From positions 352,001 to 416,000 of the forward strand of contig OZ219872.1 of NCBI GenBank assembly GCA_964291495.2: a stretch of 64,000 nt of DNA, given 5' to 3'. The position numbers and the translations under genes were made by a program. This document shows, piece after piece, positions 30,412-39,517 of this stretch (its first letter is position 1; each line of letters begins with the position of its first letter). The notes below the pieces were generated by a model that was not told the origin of the DNA, searched no databases, and worked only from the letters and a program-made list of their open reading frames with translations. The DNA comes from Dehalococcoidia bacterium (GTDB lineage Bacteria > Chloroflexota > Dehalococcoidia > UBA2979).

Positions 30412-31251
30412 TCAGGACGCCTCGCTGCGCGGCGCGGCGCCTTCCTCGACCGGAAGCTCCCCCGACGAGCCTTCCCCAGTCAGATCGAACAACCGGCGCA
30501 GCTGAGGGCGCAGGCCCTCTTCGTCCAGATCGGCGAGCATCCGCCCCTGTGAAGCCAGCGAGATCCCGCCGCTCTCCTCGGAGACGGTGACCACCACCGC
30601 GTCACTGCCCTCGGTGATGCCGAGGGCGGCGCGGTGGCGCATGCCGAGGTCGGCGGGGAGCGGCGCGTCGGAGAGCGGCAGCGTGCAGCCGGCGGCGACG
30701 ATCCGGTTCGAGCGCACGATCACGGCACCGTCGTGCAGCGGGGTGCCGGGCGCAAAGATACTGCCGAGGATCTCAGGCGTCAGCTCCGAACCGAGCGGCA
30801 CGCCGGTGTCGATCACCTCCTGCAGACCGGTCTCGCGCTCCATCACGACCAGGGCGCCGTGCCGCTGCCGGGAGAGCCGCAGGGCGGCGCGCACGACGTG
30901 CTCGATGCTCTGCTCCTGCTGCGCGCGCACGAGCGAGGGCCTCCACCCGGTCCGCCCCAGCCGCTCGAGGGCGCGACGGATCTCCGGATGGAAGACGATG
31001 ATCACGCCGATCACGAGACCGGTGATCGTGCGCTCGAGGATCCAGTTGACGACGCTCAGGTCGAAGATCCGGGCCAGCAGGAAGGCGCCGAAGAGCAGCA
31101 CGGAGACGCCGCGCAGCACGGTCATCGCCGTGGTGCCGCGCAGCAGCAGCAGCAGCCAGTAGATCGCCACCGTGATGAGCAGGATGTCGAGCACGGCGCC
31201 CGCATCGAGGCGTCCGGCGACATCGCGCACGCCGTCCGGGATTTCCGGCAC
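30412..31251 (-). CDS. cdaA: Diadenylate cyclase CdaA
   Basis: Three TM helices, F.PEIRRALE, PLHDGA, GMRHRAA, VSEE. Confidence 0.95.
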   Translation of the reverse strand: MPEIPDGVRDVAGRLDAGAVLDILLITVAIYWLLLLLRGTTAMTVLRGVSVLLFGAFLLARIFDLSVVNWILERTITGLVIGVIIVFHPEIRRALERLGRTGWRPSLVRAQQEQSIEHVVRAALRLSRQRHGALVVMERETGLQEVIDTGVPLGSELTPEILGSIFAPGTPLHDGAVIVRSNRIVAAGCTLPLSDAPLPADLGMRHRAALGITEGSDAVVVTVSEESGGISLASQGRMLADLDEEGLRPQLRRLFDLTGEGSSGELPVEEGAAPRSEAS

Positions 31252-31317
31252 CTGGACGCCTTCCCTTCAGTGGATCGCGCGTGCCGGGGAAGGCGTGGCG
31301 CTCCCCGCAGCCCGGGA

Positions 31318-32235
31318 TCAGCCGGCGCTGCCGCCCAATAGCCAGGCGAGCATCGCCTGCTGCATGTGCAGGCGGTTTTCTGCCTGATCGAAGATCACCG
31401 AACGCGGCGATTCCATCACGCCCTCGCTGATTTCCTCGCCACGGTGCGCCGGCATGTCGTGCATCACCAGCACGTCCGGCGGCGCGGACTCGAGCAGCGC
31501 CTCGTCGAGGCGGAACGCAGCGAACGCCTCGATCCGGCTCTGCAGCTTGTCCTCGTCGCCCATCGAGGCCCACACATCCGTGTAGACAGCGGCGACATCG
31601 CGTACCGCCTCGACCGGATCCGTGAAACGCTCGACGCGGCCTCCGCCGGGGGCGGCGTGCGCGTGCTCGATGTCGGCGTTGCTCAGCGCGTAGCCCTCGG
31701 GCGAGGCGCAGCGCAGCTCCATGCCGGCCAGCACGCTCGCATAGGCGAGCGCGCGCGCGACGTTATTGCCCTCCCCGAGGTAGGCGACTCGCAGGCCGCG
31801 CAGCGTCGAGAAGCGCTCGCGCAGCGTCAGCAGGTCGGCGAGCGCCTGGCAGGGATGCTCGCGGTCGCTGAGCGCGTTGATCACCGGCACCCCGGCCCAC
31901 TCCGCGAACTCGATGACCGTGTCGTGCGCGTAGGTGCGCGCGGCGATGCCGTGCACCATGCGCCCCAGCACCCGCGCGATGTCGCGCACCGGCTCGCGCT
32001 CCCCGGGGCCGATCTCCTGCGGTCCCAGGTAGATCGCGCGCCCGCCGAGGCGCTGCATCGCGACCTCGAAGGAGACGCGCGTGCGCAGCGAGGGCTTCTC
32101 GAAGACGAGCGCCAGCGACTGGCCCGCGAGCACGGGCCCGCAGCCGTCGCGCTTGATCGCGAGCGCCGCGTCGAGCAGATCGCCGAGTTCCCCCGGCGAG
32201 AGATCGAGGATCGAGGAAAGATGGCGGGGAGTCAC
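31318..32235 (-). CDS. argF: Ornithine carbamoyltransferase
   Basis: FEKPSLRTR, HPCQALAD, YTDVWASMG, HDMPAHRGEE, QAENR; GTG start after AGGAG (ATG at 32277 is an alternative). Confidence 0.93.
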   Translation of the reverse strand: MTPRHLSSILDLSPGELGDLLDAALAIKRDGCGPVLAGQSLALVFEKPSLRTRVSFEVAMQRLGGRAIYLGPQEIGPGEREPVRDIARVLGRMVHGIAARTYAHDTVIEFAEWAGVPVINALSDREHPCQALADLLTLRERFSTLRGLRVAYLGEGNNVARALAYASVLAGMELRCASPEGYALSNADIEHAHAAPGGGRVERFTDPVEAVRDVAAVYTDVWASMGDEDKLQSRIEAFAAFRLDEALLESAPPDVLVMHDMPAHRGEEISEGVMESPRSVIFDQAENRLHMQQAMLAWLLGGSAG

Positions 32236-32362
32236 CGCTAGCTCCTGCGTTCCGTGGTTCGGTGTGTCGGCTGCCATCCAGTATATGCCGTCAGGCAGGC
32301 CAAACTGTATGCCGCGATATACCGCGAACGGGCAAGCCGCGCCGGGCAGGCCTCGCGGGGTC

Positions 32363-33691
32363 TCAGGCCCCGCCGTCGCCGGGGAACGCCGGGGGCGGGA
32401 GCAGGTCGGCGACGGCGCTCGCCAGCTCCAGCAGCGACTGGTCGCCGCCGTGCCGGCCGACGAACTGGACGCCGACCGGCAGGCCGCCCTCGCCCGCCCC
32501 GGCCGGGAGGGCGACGCAGGGCAGCCGCAGCAGCGTCCAGACGCGGTTGCAGAGCGGGTCGCCCGTCGTGGCGATGCCGGCCGGGGCTTCGCCGGGCGCG
32601 CTCGGCGTAAGGAAGGCGTCGAACCCGGCGAACGTCTCGCTGACCGCGGCGCGGCAGTGCAGGGCCAGCGACTCGGCCTCGCTGCGCTCGGCGGCCCCGA
32701 GGGCGCGCCCGTCCTCGACGAGCTCGCGCAGCGCGGGGCTGAGTCCGTCGGGCGAGTCGCGGTACTCGTTCGCGAACGCGCTCACCGCGCCGGCGGCGAC
32801 GATCACGTCCCAGGCATCGCCCAGGCCGTCGCACTCCGCGGGAAGATCGAGGTCGGAGACCTGCCCGCCGGCCGTGGCGATTGCCGCCGCCGTCTCCTCC
32901 ACGGCGCGCTGTCCGGCCGCCGAGACGCGCCCCCACTCCGGCGTGCGGACGACGCCGATGCGCAACGGTTGCGAGGGCGGATCGAGCGCCGCCGACTGCG
33001 TGGTGCTGAGCACCGCGCCGACGAGCGCGAGGTCCTCGATGCTGCGTGCGAACCAGCCGACGGTGTCGAGCGCCGTGGCGAGGGGGTGGACGCCGTCGCT
33101 GTTCACGAATCCGTAGGTGGGCTTGAAGGCGAAGATGCCGCAGAACGCCCCCGGCCGAATCGTCGAGCCGCCGGTCTGGGAGCCGAGGGCGATCGGGGCC
33201 ATGCCGTCGGCGACCGCCGCAGCGGACCCGCTCGACGATCCGCCCGGCGTGTGCTCGGGCTGGTGCGGGTTCCTCGTCGGGCCGGGCGTGCGGAAGGCGA
33301 ACTCGGTGGTGACGGTCTTGCCGAGGACCAGCGCCCCGGCTTCCCGCAGCGCGGCGACGGCGCCGCTGTCGCGCGCGGGCTGGTGGCCCTCGTAGAGCGG
33401 CGAGCCGTACCCGGTCGGCAACTCGGCGGTGTCGAAGATGTCCTTCACGCCAAACGGCACACCATGCAGCGGTCCGGCAGGCGTGGCTGCGTCGGCCGCC
33501 CGGGCGCGCTCGAGCGCGTCGTCCGGAGCGATGGCGGCCCAGGCGCGGATCAGCGGTTCACGCTCCTCGATGCGCGCGAGGCAGGCGCGGACGAGCGCCT
33601 CCGAGGTCAGGGAGCCCTCGGCGATGCGGCGCGCGGCCTCGCAGGCGGTGAGGCGGGCGGGGTCGCTGGCGTGTGCGTCCGGGGCGGTCAC
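32363..33691 (-). CDS. Amidase signature family protein
   Basis: GVPFGVKD, GGSSSGS, GSQTGGS (Ser-cisSer-Lys triad), GLPVGVQ. Confidence 0.92.
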   Translation of the reverse strand: MTAPDAHASDPARLTACEAARRIAEGSLTSEALVRACLARIEEREPLIRAWAAIAPDDALERARAADAATPAGPLHGVPFGVKDIFDTAELPTGYGSPLYEGHQPARDSGAVAALREAGALVLGKTVTTEFAFRTPGPTRNPHQPEHTPGGSSSGSAAAVADGMAPIALGSQTGGSTIRPGAFCGIFAFKPTYGFVNSDGVHPLATALDTVGWFARSIEDLALVGAVLSTTQSAALDPPSQPLRIGVVRTPEWGRVSAAGQRAVEETAAAIATAGGQVSDLDLPAECDGLGDAWDVIVAAGAVSAFANEYRDSPDGLSPALRELVEDGRALGAAERSEAESLALHCRAAVSETFAGFDAFLTPSAPGEAPAGIATTGDPLCNRVWTLLRLPCVALPAGAGEGGLPVGVQFVGRHGGDQSLLELASAVADLLPPPAFPGDGGA

Positions 33692-33793
33692 GGGGCTGGT
33701 CTCCTCCACTGCAACGCTCGCGCTATGCTACGCGCCGCCGCGTCCTGCAGGCAGGCGCGCGTGGCATCAGGGACGCAGCGGAGGGGATGAACC

Positions 33794-34090
33794 ATGGCCC
33801 AACGGCGGATCCCGCGCCCGTTCAATCTGCTCTGGGGCGGCGGCAGGATCGTCGAGGAGGCGTCGATCGAAGGCGGCCTCCATGCGCCCTCGCTGCAACT
33901 GATGCGCTACGAGACCGGCGAGAAGGCGGGCCAGATGGCGATCCGCTTCGCCGCCTACGACCCCGAGGGCGAGCTCGAACGGCGCTCCCTGATCATCAAT
34001 GAGCGTGAGCTGCGGCCGCTTCGCAAGGAGCTCGATCGGACGCCGCGGCTGAAGGCGCTGCTGCGACAGTTGCTCGAGGACGACGAGTAG
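33794..34090 (+). CDS. Hypothetical protein upstream of comEA
   Basis: 98 aa, GGAGG SD, coding-like codon usage, 17 bp before comEA. Confidence 0.7.
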   Translation: MAQRRIPRPFNLLWGGGRIVEEASIEGGLHAPSLQLMRYETGEKAGQMAIRFAAYDPEGELERRSLIINERELRPLRKELDRTPRLKALLRQLLEDDE

Positions 34091-34107
34091 CCGGCGCACT
34101 CCCGCGC

Positions 34108-34656
34108 GTGTCGCACCTCCACCGGCTTCGCGGGCTGCCCGGCGCGCGTACCGCCCTCCAGATCGCGCTCGGTCTTGCGATCGTCGGGGCGCTCGCCGTC
34201 CTCGCGCTGCGGGCGGACGAGCCGCGCGGCATCGAGATCGAGCGGCGCGACCCGGCGCCGGGCATCGACGAGATCCGCGTCGCCGTCTCGGGGGCGGTGT
34301 TGCAGCCGCAGGTGGTCGTGGCCTCGCCGGGTGACCGCGTGAGCGACGCGATCGCCCTCGCGGGCGGGCTCGCCCCGGACGCCGACACGGCCCCGCTGAA
34401 CCTCTCGCGCCGCATCGTCGACGAGGACGTGGTGCGCGTCCCGCGACTCGGCGAGGCCGCCGCGCTGCTCGACGTGAACAGCGCCACGCGCGCGGACCTC
34501 GAGGCGCTCCCCGGCATCGGCGCCGCCTACGCGGCGGCGATCGTCGCGGAGCGCGAGCGCGCCGGGCCGTACGAGACGACGGACGACCTCCCCGCGCGCG
34601 GCGCGATCCCGGAGCACATCTACGAGGGCATCCGCGACATGGTCACGGCGCGATGA
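34108..34656 (+). CDS. comEA: Competence protein ComEA
   Basis: TM helix, SLBB domain (VSGAV..P..RVSDAI..AGG), HhH (VNSAT..LEALPGIG). Confidence 0.9.
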   Translation: MSHLHRLRGLPGARTALQIALGLAIVGALAVLALRADEPRGIEIERRDPAPGIDEIRVAVSGAVLQPQVVVASPGDRVSDAIALAGGLAPDADTAPLNLSRRIVDEDVVRVPRLGEAAALLDVNSATRADLEALPGIGAAYAAAIVAERERAGPYETTDDLPARGAIPEHIYEGIRDMVTAR

Positions 34657-36971
34657 CGGAGCGCCTTCCCGCCCTGCCGCTGGCGGCGGCGGCGTTCATC
34701 GCCGGCTCCGCCGCGGGCGTGCTGGTCGGCGGACCGTGGACGCTGATGCTGCTGGCGGCCCTTGCCGCCGCCGCGGCCGCCGCGCTGCTGTACCGTGGAC
34801 GAGGCGGCTACACCCGCGCGCTGCTGGTGCTGCTCGCCGTCGCCGCGCTCGCCGCAGCCGGCCACGCGCGCGGCAGCGAGGCCGACGCGAGGCCTCCGCC
34901 GCCCCTCGCCAGCCTCGAGGGCGTGCACGAGATCGGCGGCGTGGTGCGATCGGACCCGCGGGTGTCGGGCGCGATCACCCGCCTCGATCTGCGTGTCGAC
35001 TCGATCGACGGCGCGGCGGCCGAGGGCGGCCTGCGGCTCACGCTGCCGGCGCCGCGGCAGCCGCTGCGGGCAGGCGACCGCATTGCGGCGACGGTGGAGG
35101 TGGAGCGCCCCGGCGCCTTCGAGGAGTTCGACTACGCGGCGTTCCTGCGCAGCCGCGGCATCCACGCCGTCGCCGCGTACCCGGAGCGCTGGGCGCTGGT
35201 CGAGCGCGACGCCGAGCACGCCGTCGTCGACGCGCTGCGCGCCTTGCGGCGCTGGGCGCTCGGCAACATCGAGCGCGCCTTGCCGGAACCGGAGGCGTCG
35301 TTGGCGGCGGGCATGCTGCTCGGTCGGCAGCGCACGATGCCGGCGGCGCTGGAGGAGGATCTGCGCCGAACCGGCACGACACACCTGCTGGTGGTCTCAG
35401 GGCAGAACATCGCGCTGCTCCTCGGGACGGCCGTGGGGCTGCTGAGCGCGATCGTCGCAAGGCGGCAGGCGGCGCTGATCGCGCTCGCGCTGCTGCCCGG
35501 CTACGTGGTGCTCACCGGAGCGGAGCCGCCGGTGGTGCGCGCGGCGATCATGGCCGTCGGCATCGCGATCGCCGCGCTCTCGGGGAGGCGCACGCCCGCC
35601 TGGATCTACCTCCTCTACGCGCTCGCGCTGATGCTCGCGCTGCGGCCGCTGCTGATCCGCGACGTCGCCTTCCAGCTGAGCGCGACGGCGACCGCCGGGG
35701 TGCTGCTGCTCGCGCCGCCGCTGCGCGACCGCGCCCTCGCGCGCATCGGCGCCGCGCCGTCCGGCCTCGCGGCCGGATTCGTCGAGGGCGCCGCGGTCGC
35801 CGTCGGGGCCTCACTCACGGTGCTGCCGGTGCAGGCCGCGGCCTTCGGAACGCTGCCGTTGCTGCAGGCGCCCGCCAACGTCGTGGTCGCGCCGCTGTAC
35901 GAGGCGACCGTGCTGGTCGCCGTGCTCGCGGCGCTGCTCGGCTGGCTCGATCCCGTCGCGCGGCTTGTCGAGGTCGCCGGGGTGTTCGCGCCCGCGGCGT
36001 TCGTCGCCGCCGTCGAGGCGATGGCTGCGCTGCCCCTCGCGACGGTGGAGCTGCGTCCGCCGCCGCTCGCGGCCGCGGGCTGGTTCGCGCTGCTGGCAGG
36101 CCTCATCTGGCTGCTCAACCGCCGGGCGACGCAGATCTCGCTGCCCGGGCAGCGAGCGCGCCTCGCGGCGCCGGTCGCGCTCGCGACGGCCGCCGCGGGG
36201 CTCTGGCTGGCGGTGCTCGCGCCCTCGGACGGCCTCGCGAGCGTGACCGTGCTCGACGTCGGACAGGGGTCGGCGATCCTCGTGAGCGACGGCGGCGCTG
36301 CCGTGCTGGTGGACACGGGGCCGTCGGACGGCGCGGTGCTGACCGCGCTGCCGCGCGCCCTCGAGGGCCGCAGCCTCGACGCCGTGCTGCTCACGCACGG
36401 CGACAGCGACCACGCGGGCGGGCTCGCCGAGCTGCGGAGGCGCCTCCGCATCGGCGTGCTGGTCGGCAGCGAGGAGGCGCTCGCCACCGTCGCCCCGGAG
36501 GGCGGCTCGCTGGAGACACAGCCGCTCGACATCGGCGACCGCATCCGGCTCAGCGAGCGGACCTCGATCGAGGTGCTCTCGCCGCCGCTCGTCACGGCCG
36601 GACGTGCGCACCGCAGCGCCAACAACCGCTCGCTGGTGCTGCTCGTGACGATTGGCGAGCGCCGCATCCTGCTGCCCGCGGACATCGAGGCGCCCGCCGA
36701 GCAGTGGCTGGCCTCGAGCGGTCTCGACCTGCGCGCGGACGCGCTCGTGTTGCCGCACCACGGCTCGCGCACCTCGTCGAGCGCGGCCTTCCTCGATGCG
36801 GTCGATCCGAGCCTCGCGATCGTTTCGGTCGGTGCGCGCAACGCGCACGGCCATCCGCACCCGGAGGTGGTCGCGCGCTACGCGGGGATCGCGCTCTACC
36901 GCACCGACGAGCACGGCGACGTGACGCTGCGCTCCGACGGCGATCGGCTCTGGGTACGGAGCTCGCGCTAA
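34653..36971 (+). CDS. comEC: DNA uptake channel ComEC/Rec2
   Basis: OB domain, HLLVVSGQN, RAAIM, FQLS, MBL domain DVGQG, THGDSDH, HHGS, GHP. Confidence 0.93.
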   Translation: MTERLPALPLAAAAFIAGSAAGVLVGGPWTLMLLAALAAAAAAALLYRGRGGYTRALLVLLAVAALAAAGHARGSEADARPPPPLASLEGVHEIGGVVRSDPRVSGAITRLDLRVDSIDGAAAEGGLRLTLPAPRQPLRAGDRIAATVEVERPGAFEEFDYAAFLRSRGIHAVAAYPERWALVERDAEHAVVDALRALRRWALGNIERALPEPEASLAAGMLLGRQRTMPAALEEDLRRTGTTHLLVVSGQNIALLLGTAVGLLSAIVARRQAALIALALLPGYVVLTGAEPPVVRAAIMAVGIAIAALSGRRTPAWIYLLYALALMLALRPLLIRDVAFQLSATATAGVLLLAPPLRDRALARIGAAPSGLAAGFVEGAAVAVGASLTVLPVQAAAFGTLPLLQAPANVVVAPLYEATVLVAVLAALLGWLDPVARLVEVAGVFAPAAFVAAVEAMAALPLATVELRPPPLAAAGWFALLAGLIWLLNRRATQISLPGQRARLAAPVALATAAAGLWLAVLAPSDGLASVTVLDVGQGSAILVSDGGAAVLVDTGPSDGAVLTALPRALEGRSLDAVLLTHGDSDHAGGLAELRRRLRIGVLVGSEEALATVAPEGGSLETQPLDIGDRIRLSERTSIEVLSPPLVTAGRAHRSANNRSLVLLVTIGERRILLPADIEAPAEQWLASSGLDLRADALVLPHHGSRTSSSAAFLDAVDPSLAIVSVGARNAHGHPHPEVVARYAGIALYRTDEHGDVTLRSDGDRLWVRSSR

Positions 36972-37015
36972 TCGCGTGCTAGGGTGATCGCGCGGGCAAC
37001 GAGCGGGGGCCAGGA

Positions 37016-37756
37016 ATGGTCAGTCGGCGGCACGGGCGCGGCCTCGAGGAGCTGCGGGCGCTCACGATCGAGACCGGCGTGCTGCGGCACGCCGAGGGCT
37101 CCGCGCTGATCTCGATGGGCGATACGCGCGTGCTCTGCGCCGCCAGCGTCGAGCCGGGCGTGCCGCGCTGGCTGCGCGGCGCCGGCTCCGGCTGGGTGAC
37201 CGCGGAGTACGGGATGCTGCCGCGCGCGACGCACACCCGCGGCCGCCGCGAGGCGCGCGAGGGCCGGCAGAGCGGGCGCTCGCAGGAGATCCAGCGCCTG
37301 ATCGGCCGCTCGCTGCGCGCGGCGCTCGACCTCGACCGGCTCGGCGAGCAGACGATCACCGTCGACTGCGACGTGATCCAGGCCGACGGCGGCACCCGCT
37401 GCGCGGCGGTCACCGGCGGCTGGGTCGCGCTCGCGCTGGCGGTCGACTGGCTCGACCGCGGCGGCGCGATCGCCGCCTCGCCGCTGACGACGCAGGTCGC
37501 GGCGATCTCGGTCGGCCTGAGCGGCGGCATGGCGCTGCTCGACCTCGACTACGACGAGGATTCGAGCGCGGAGACCGACTTCAACGTCGTGCAGCTCGGC
37601 ACCGGCAAGCTCGTCGAGGTGCAGGGTACGGCCGAGCGCGCGCCGTTCTCTCGAGGCGACCTCGATCGCGTCGTGGCCGTCGCCACGGCGGGCATCGCGG
37701 AGCTGTTCGAGGCGCAGCGCGAGGCGGTCGCCGCGGAGCGCGCGGCCCGGCGCTGA
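37016..37756 (+). CDS. rph: Ribonuclease PH
   Basis: [45 protein letters not shown]. Confidence 0.97.
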   Translation: MVSRRHGRGLEELRALTIETGVLRHAEGSALISMGDTRVLCAASVEPGVPRWLRGAGSGWVTAEYGMLPRATHTRGRREAREGRQSGRSQEIQRLIGRSLRAALDLDRLGEQTITVDCDVIQADGGTRCAAVTGGWVALALAVDWLDRGGAIAASPLTTQVAAISVGLSGGMALLDLDYDEDSSAETDFNVVQLGTGKLVEVQGTAERAPFSRGDLDRVVAVATAGIAELFEAQREAVAAERAARR

Positions 37757-37760
37757 GTCG

Positions 37761-38120
37761 CTACCAGAAGCCGCCCGGGTTCACGTAGTCGCCGAGGAAC
37801 GTGCCGCCCAGCACGTGGATGTGCGCGTGCTCCTGCGACTGCTTGGCCTCCCAGCCGGCGTTCGAGACCAGCCGGTAGCCGTTCGGGCAGTGCTCGCGCC
37901 CCACTTCCGAGGCGATGCGCCCCACCTCGGCGAGCAGGTCGCTCTCCCAGAGCTGCGCCTGGGTCATGTGCTCCTTGGGAACGGCGAGCAGCATGACCGG
38001 CACCCAGCGCAGCTGGTTGCGGAAGACGATCACGCGCTCGGAGTCGTGGAGCACGTCGGCCGGGGCCTGGCCGGCGATGATCCGGCAGAAGATGCAGTAG
38101 CGCTCGAATGTGATCGGCAA
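37761..38120 (-). CDS. HIT family hydrolase
   Basis: CIFCRI, VPKEH, HAHIHVLGG histidine triad. Confidence 0.9.
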   Translation of the reverse strand: MPITFERYCIFCRIIAGQAPADVLHDSERVIVFRNQLRWVPVMLLAVPKEHMTQAQLWESDLLAEVGRIASEVGREHCPNGYRLVSNAGWEAKQSQEHAHIHVLGGTFLGDYVNPGGFW

Positions 38121-38209
38121 TACCTTCCACGCGACCGGCGAACGCTCCGCCGCAGCCTAACCGCGGCCCGCCGGGAGCGGCTACCCCGGCGCCAGCGAGG
38201 AGACCAGCC

Positions 38210-39508
38210 ATCGTCGAGATCGCCCCGTTCCGCGGGCTCCGCTACGACCCCTCGCGCGTGAACCCGAACGCCGTGATCGCCCCGCCCTACGACGTGGTCG
38301 ACGAGGACGAGGTGGCCGCGCTGCACGCCAGCTCGCCATACAACATCGGCCGCGTCGAGGCGCCTCGGGGCGGCAACGAGCGCTTCGAGGCGGCGGCGGC
38401 GGCGCTGCGCGCCTGGGAGGCCGAGGGCGTGCTGCTGCGCGACCCCGCGCCCGTCCTCTACGCCTACGAGCAGCGCACGCGCATCGAGGGCGACGACGGC
38501 CCGCGCCGCGTACGGCGCGGCTACTTCGCGCGGCTGCGCCTGACCCCCTACGAGGACGGCGAGGTGCTGCCGCACGAGCGCACGATGGCCGCACCGAAGG
38601 CCGAGCGGCTGGCGCTGATGGAGGCGACGCAGGCCAACGTGAGCCCGATCCTCGTGATCTCCGGCGCGGACGCGGACGCCGTGACGCTGCTCGACGAGGT
38701 CGCCGCGCGCGAGCCTGCCTTCGCCGCCACGGACGGACGCGGCGACGAGCATCGCCTCTGGGTGATCGACGATCCCTCGCAGATCGCCAGGCTCGTCGAG
38801 GCTGCCGCGGCTGCGCCCGTCACGATCGCCGACGGCCACCACCGCTACGAGACGGCGCTCGAACACCTCGAAGGCCTCGACGAGGAGGGGCGGCGCTGGA
38901 TGCTCGCCTGCCTCGTGCCCGCGAACGCCCCGGGCCTCGACATCTTCCCCACGCACCGGCTCGTACCCCAGGTGGAGGTGACGGACGCCCTCGTCGCGCG
39001 GCTCGCGGCCCTCTACGAGGTCGAGCCGCTCGCGACGCGCGCCCCGCATCCCGCCGACCCGCTGGACCGCGGTGCGGTGCGGCGGCTCTGGGAGACCGTG
39101 CAGGCGGAGGCGTCGCGGCCCGGCACATTCGGCGTGATCGGGCTACCGGGCGGCGGGCTGCACCTGCTGCGCCCACGTTCGCCCGAGGAGATCGACGCGC
39201 TGATGCCCGCCGACTGGTCCGAGGCGTCACGCGCCCTCGACGCGCAGATCCTCAACCAGACGATCCTCGAGCCGCTGCTCCGCATCGACGCCGCGGAGCT
39301 CCGCGCCGGGCGAGTGCAGTTCAGCGAGGACGCCGGACACGCCTGGGAGTGGGTGCGGGGCGAGCCGGGCCGCCTCGCCTTCCTCGTCAATCCGCCGAGC
39401 GTCGAGCGGGTCGTCGCGATGGCGAGCGCCGGCGGGGTGATGCCGCAGAAGGCGACCTACTTCTACCCGAAGCTGGCGACCGGGATCGTCCTCAACCGCC
39501 TCGATTGA
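38210..39508 (+). CDS. DUF1015 family protein (probable ATC start)
   Basis: EIAPFRGLRY N-terminus upstream of the first GTG (38258); PPYDV, PHERT, IADGHHRY, MPQKATYFYPK. Confidence 0.88.
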   Translation: MVEIAPFRGLRYDPSRVNPNAVIAPPYDVVDEDEVAALHASSPYNIGRVEAPRGGNERFEAAAAALRAWEAEGVLLRDPAPVLYAYEQRTRIEGDDGPRRVRRGYFARLRLTPYEDGEVLPHERTMAAPKAERLALMEATQANVSPILVISGADADAVTLLDEVAAREPAFAATDGRGDEHRLWVIDDPSQIARLVEAAAAAPVTIADGHHRYETALEHLEGLDEEGRRWMLACLVPANAPGLDIFPTHRLVPQVEVTDALVARLAALYEVEPLATRAPHPADPLDRGAVRRLWETVQAEASRPGTFGVIGLPGGGLHLLRPRSPEEIDALMPADWSEASRALDAQILNQTILEPLLRIDAAELRAGRVQFSEDAGHAWEWVRGEPGRLAFLVNPPSVERVVAMASAGGVMPQKATYFYPKLATGIVLNRLD

Positions 39509-39517
39509 GCCTCGAGG

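Noticed and set aside
32281-32330. ArgR box upstream of argF
   Set aside because: An AT-richer GTAT-N8-ATAC palindrome is present but its spacing does not fit the ARG-box consensus; too weak to call.
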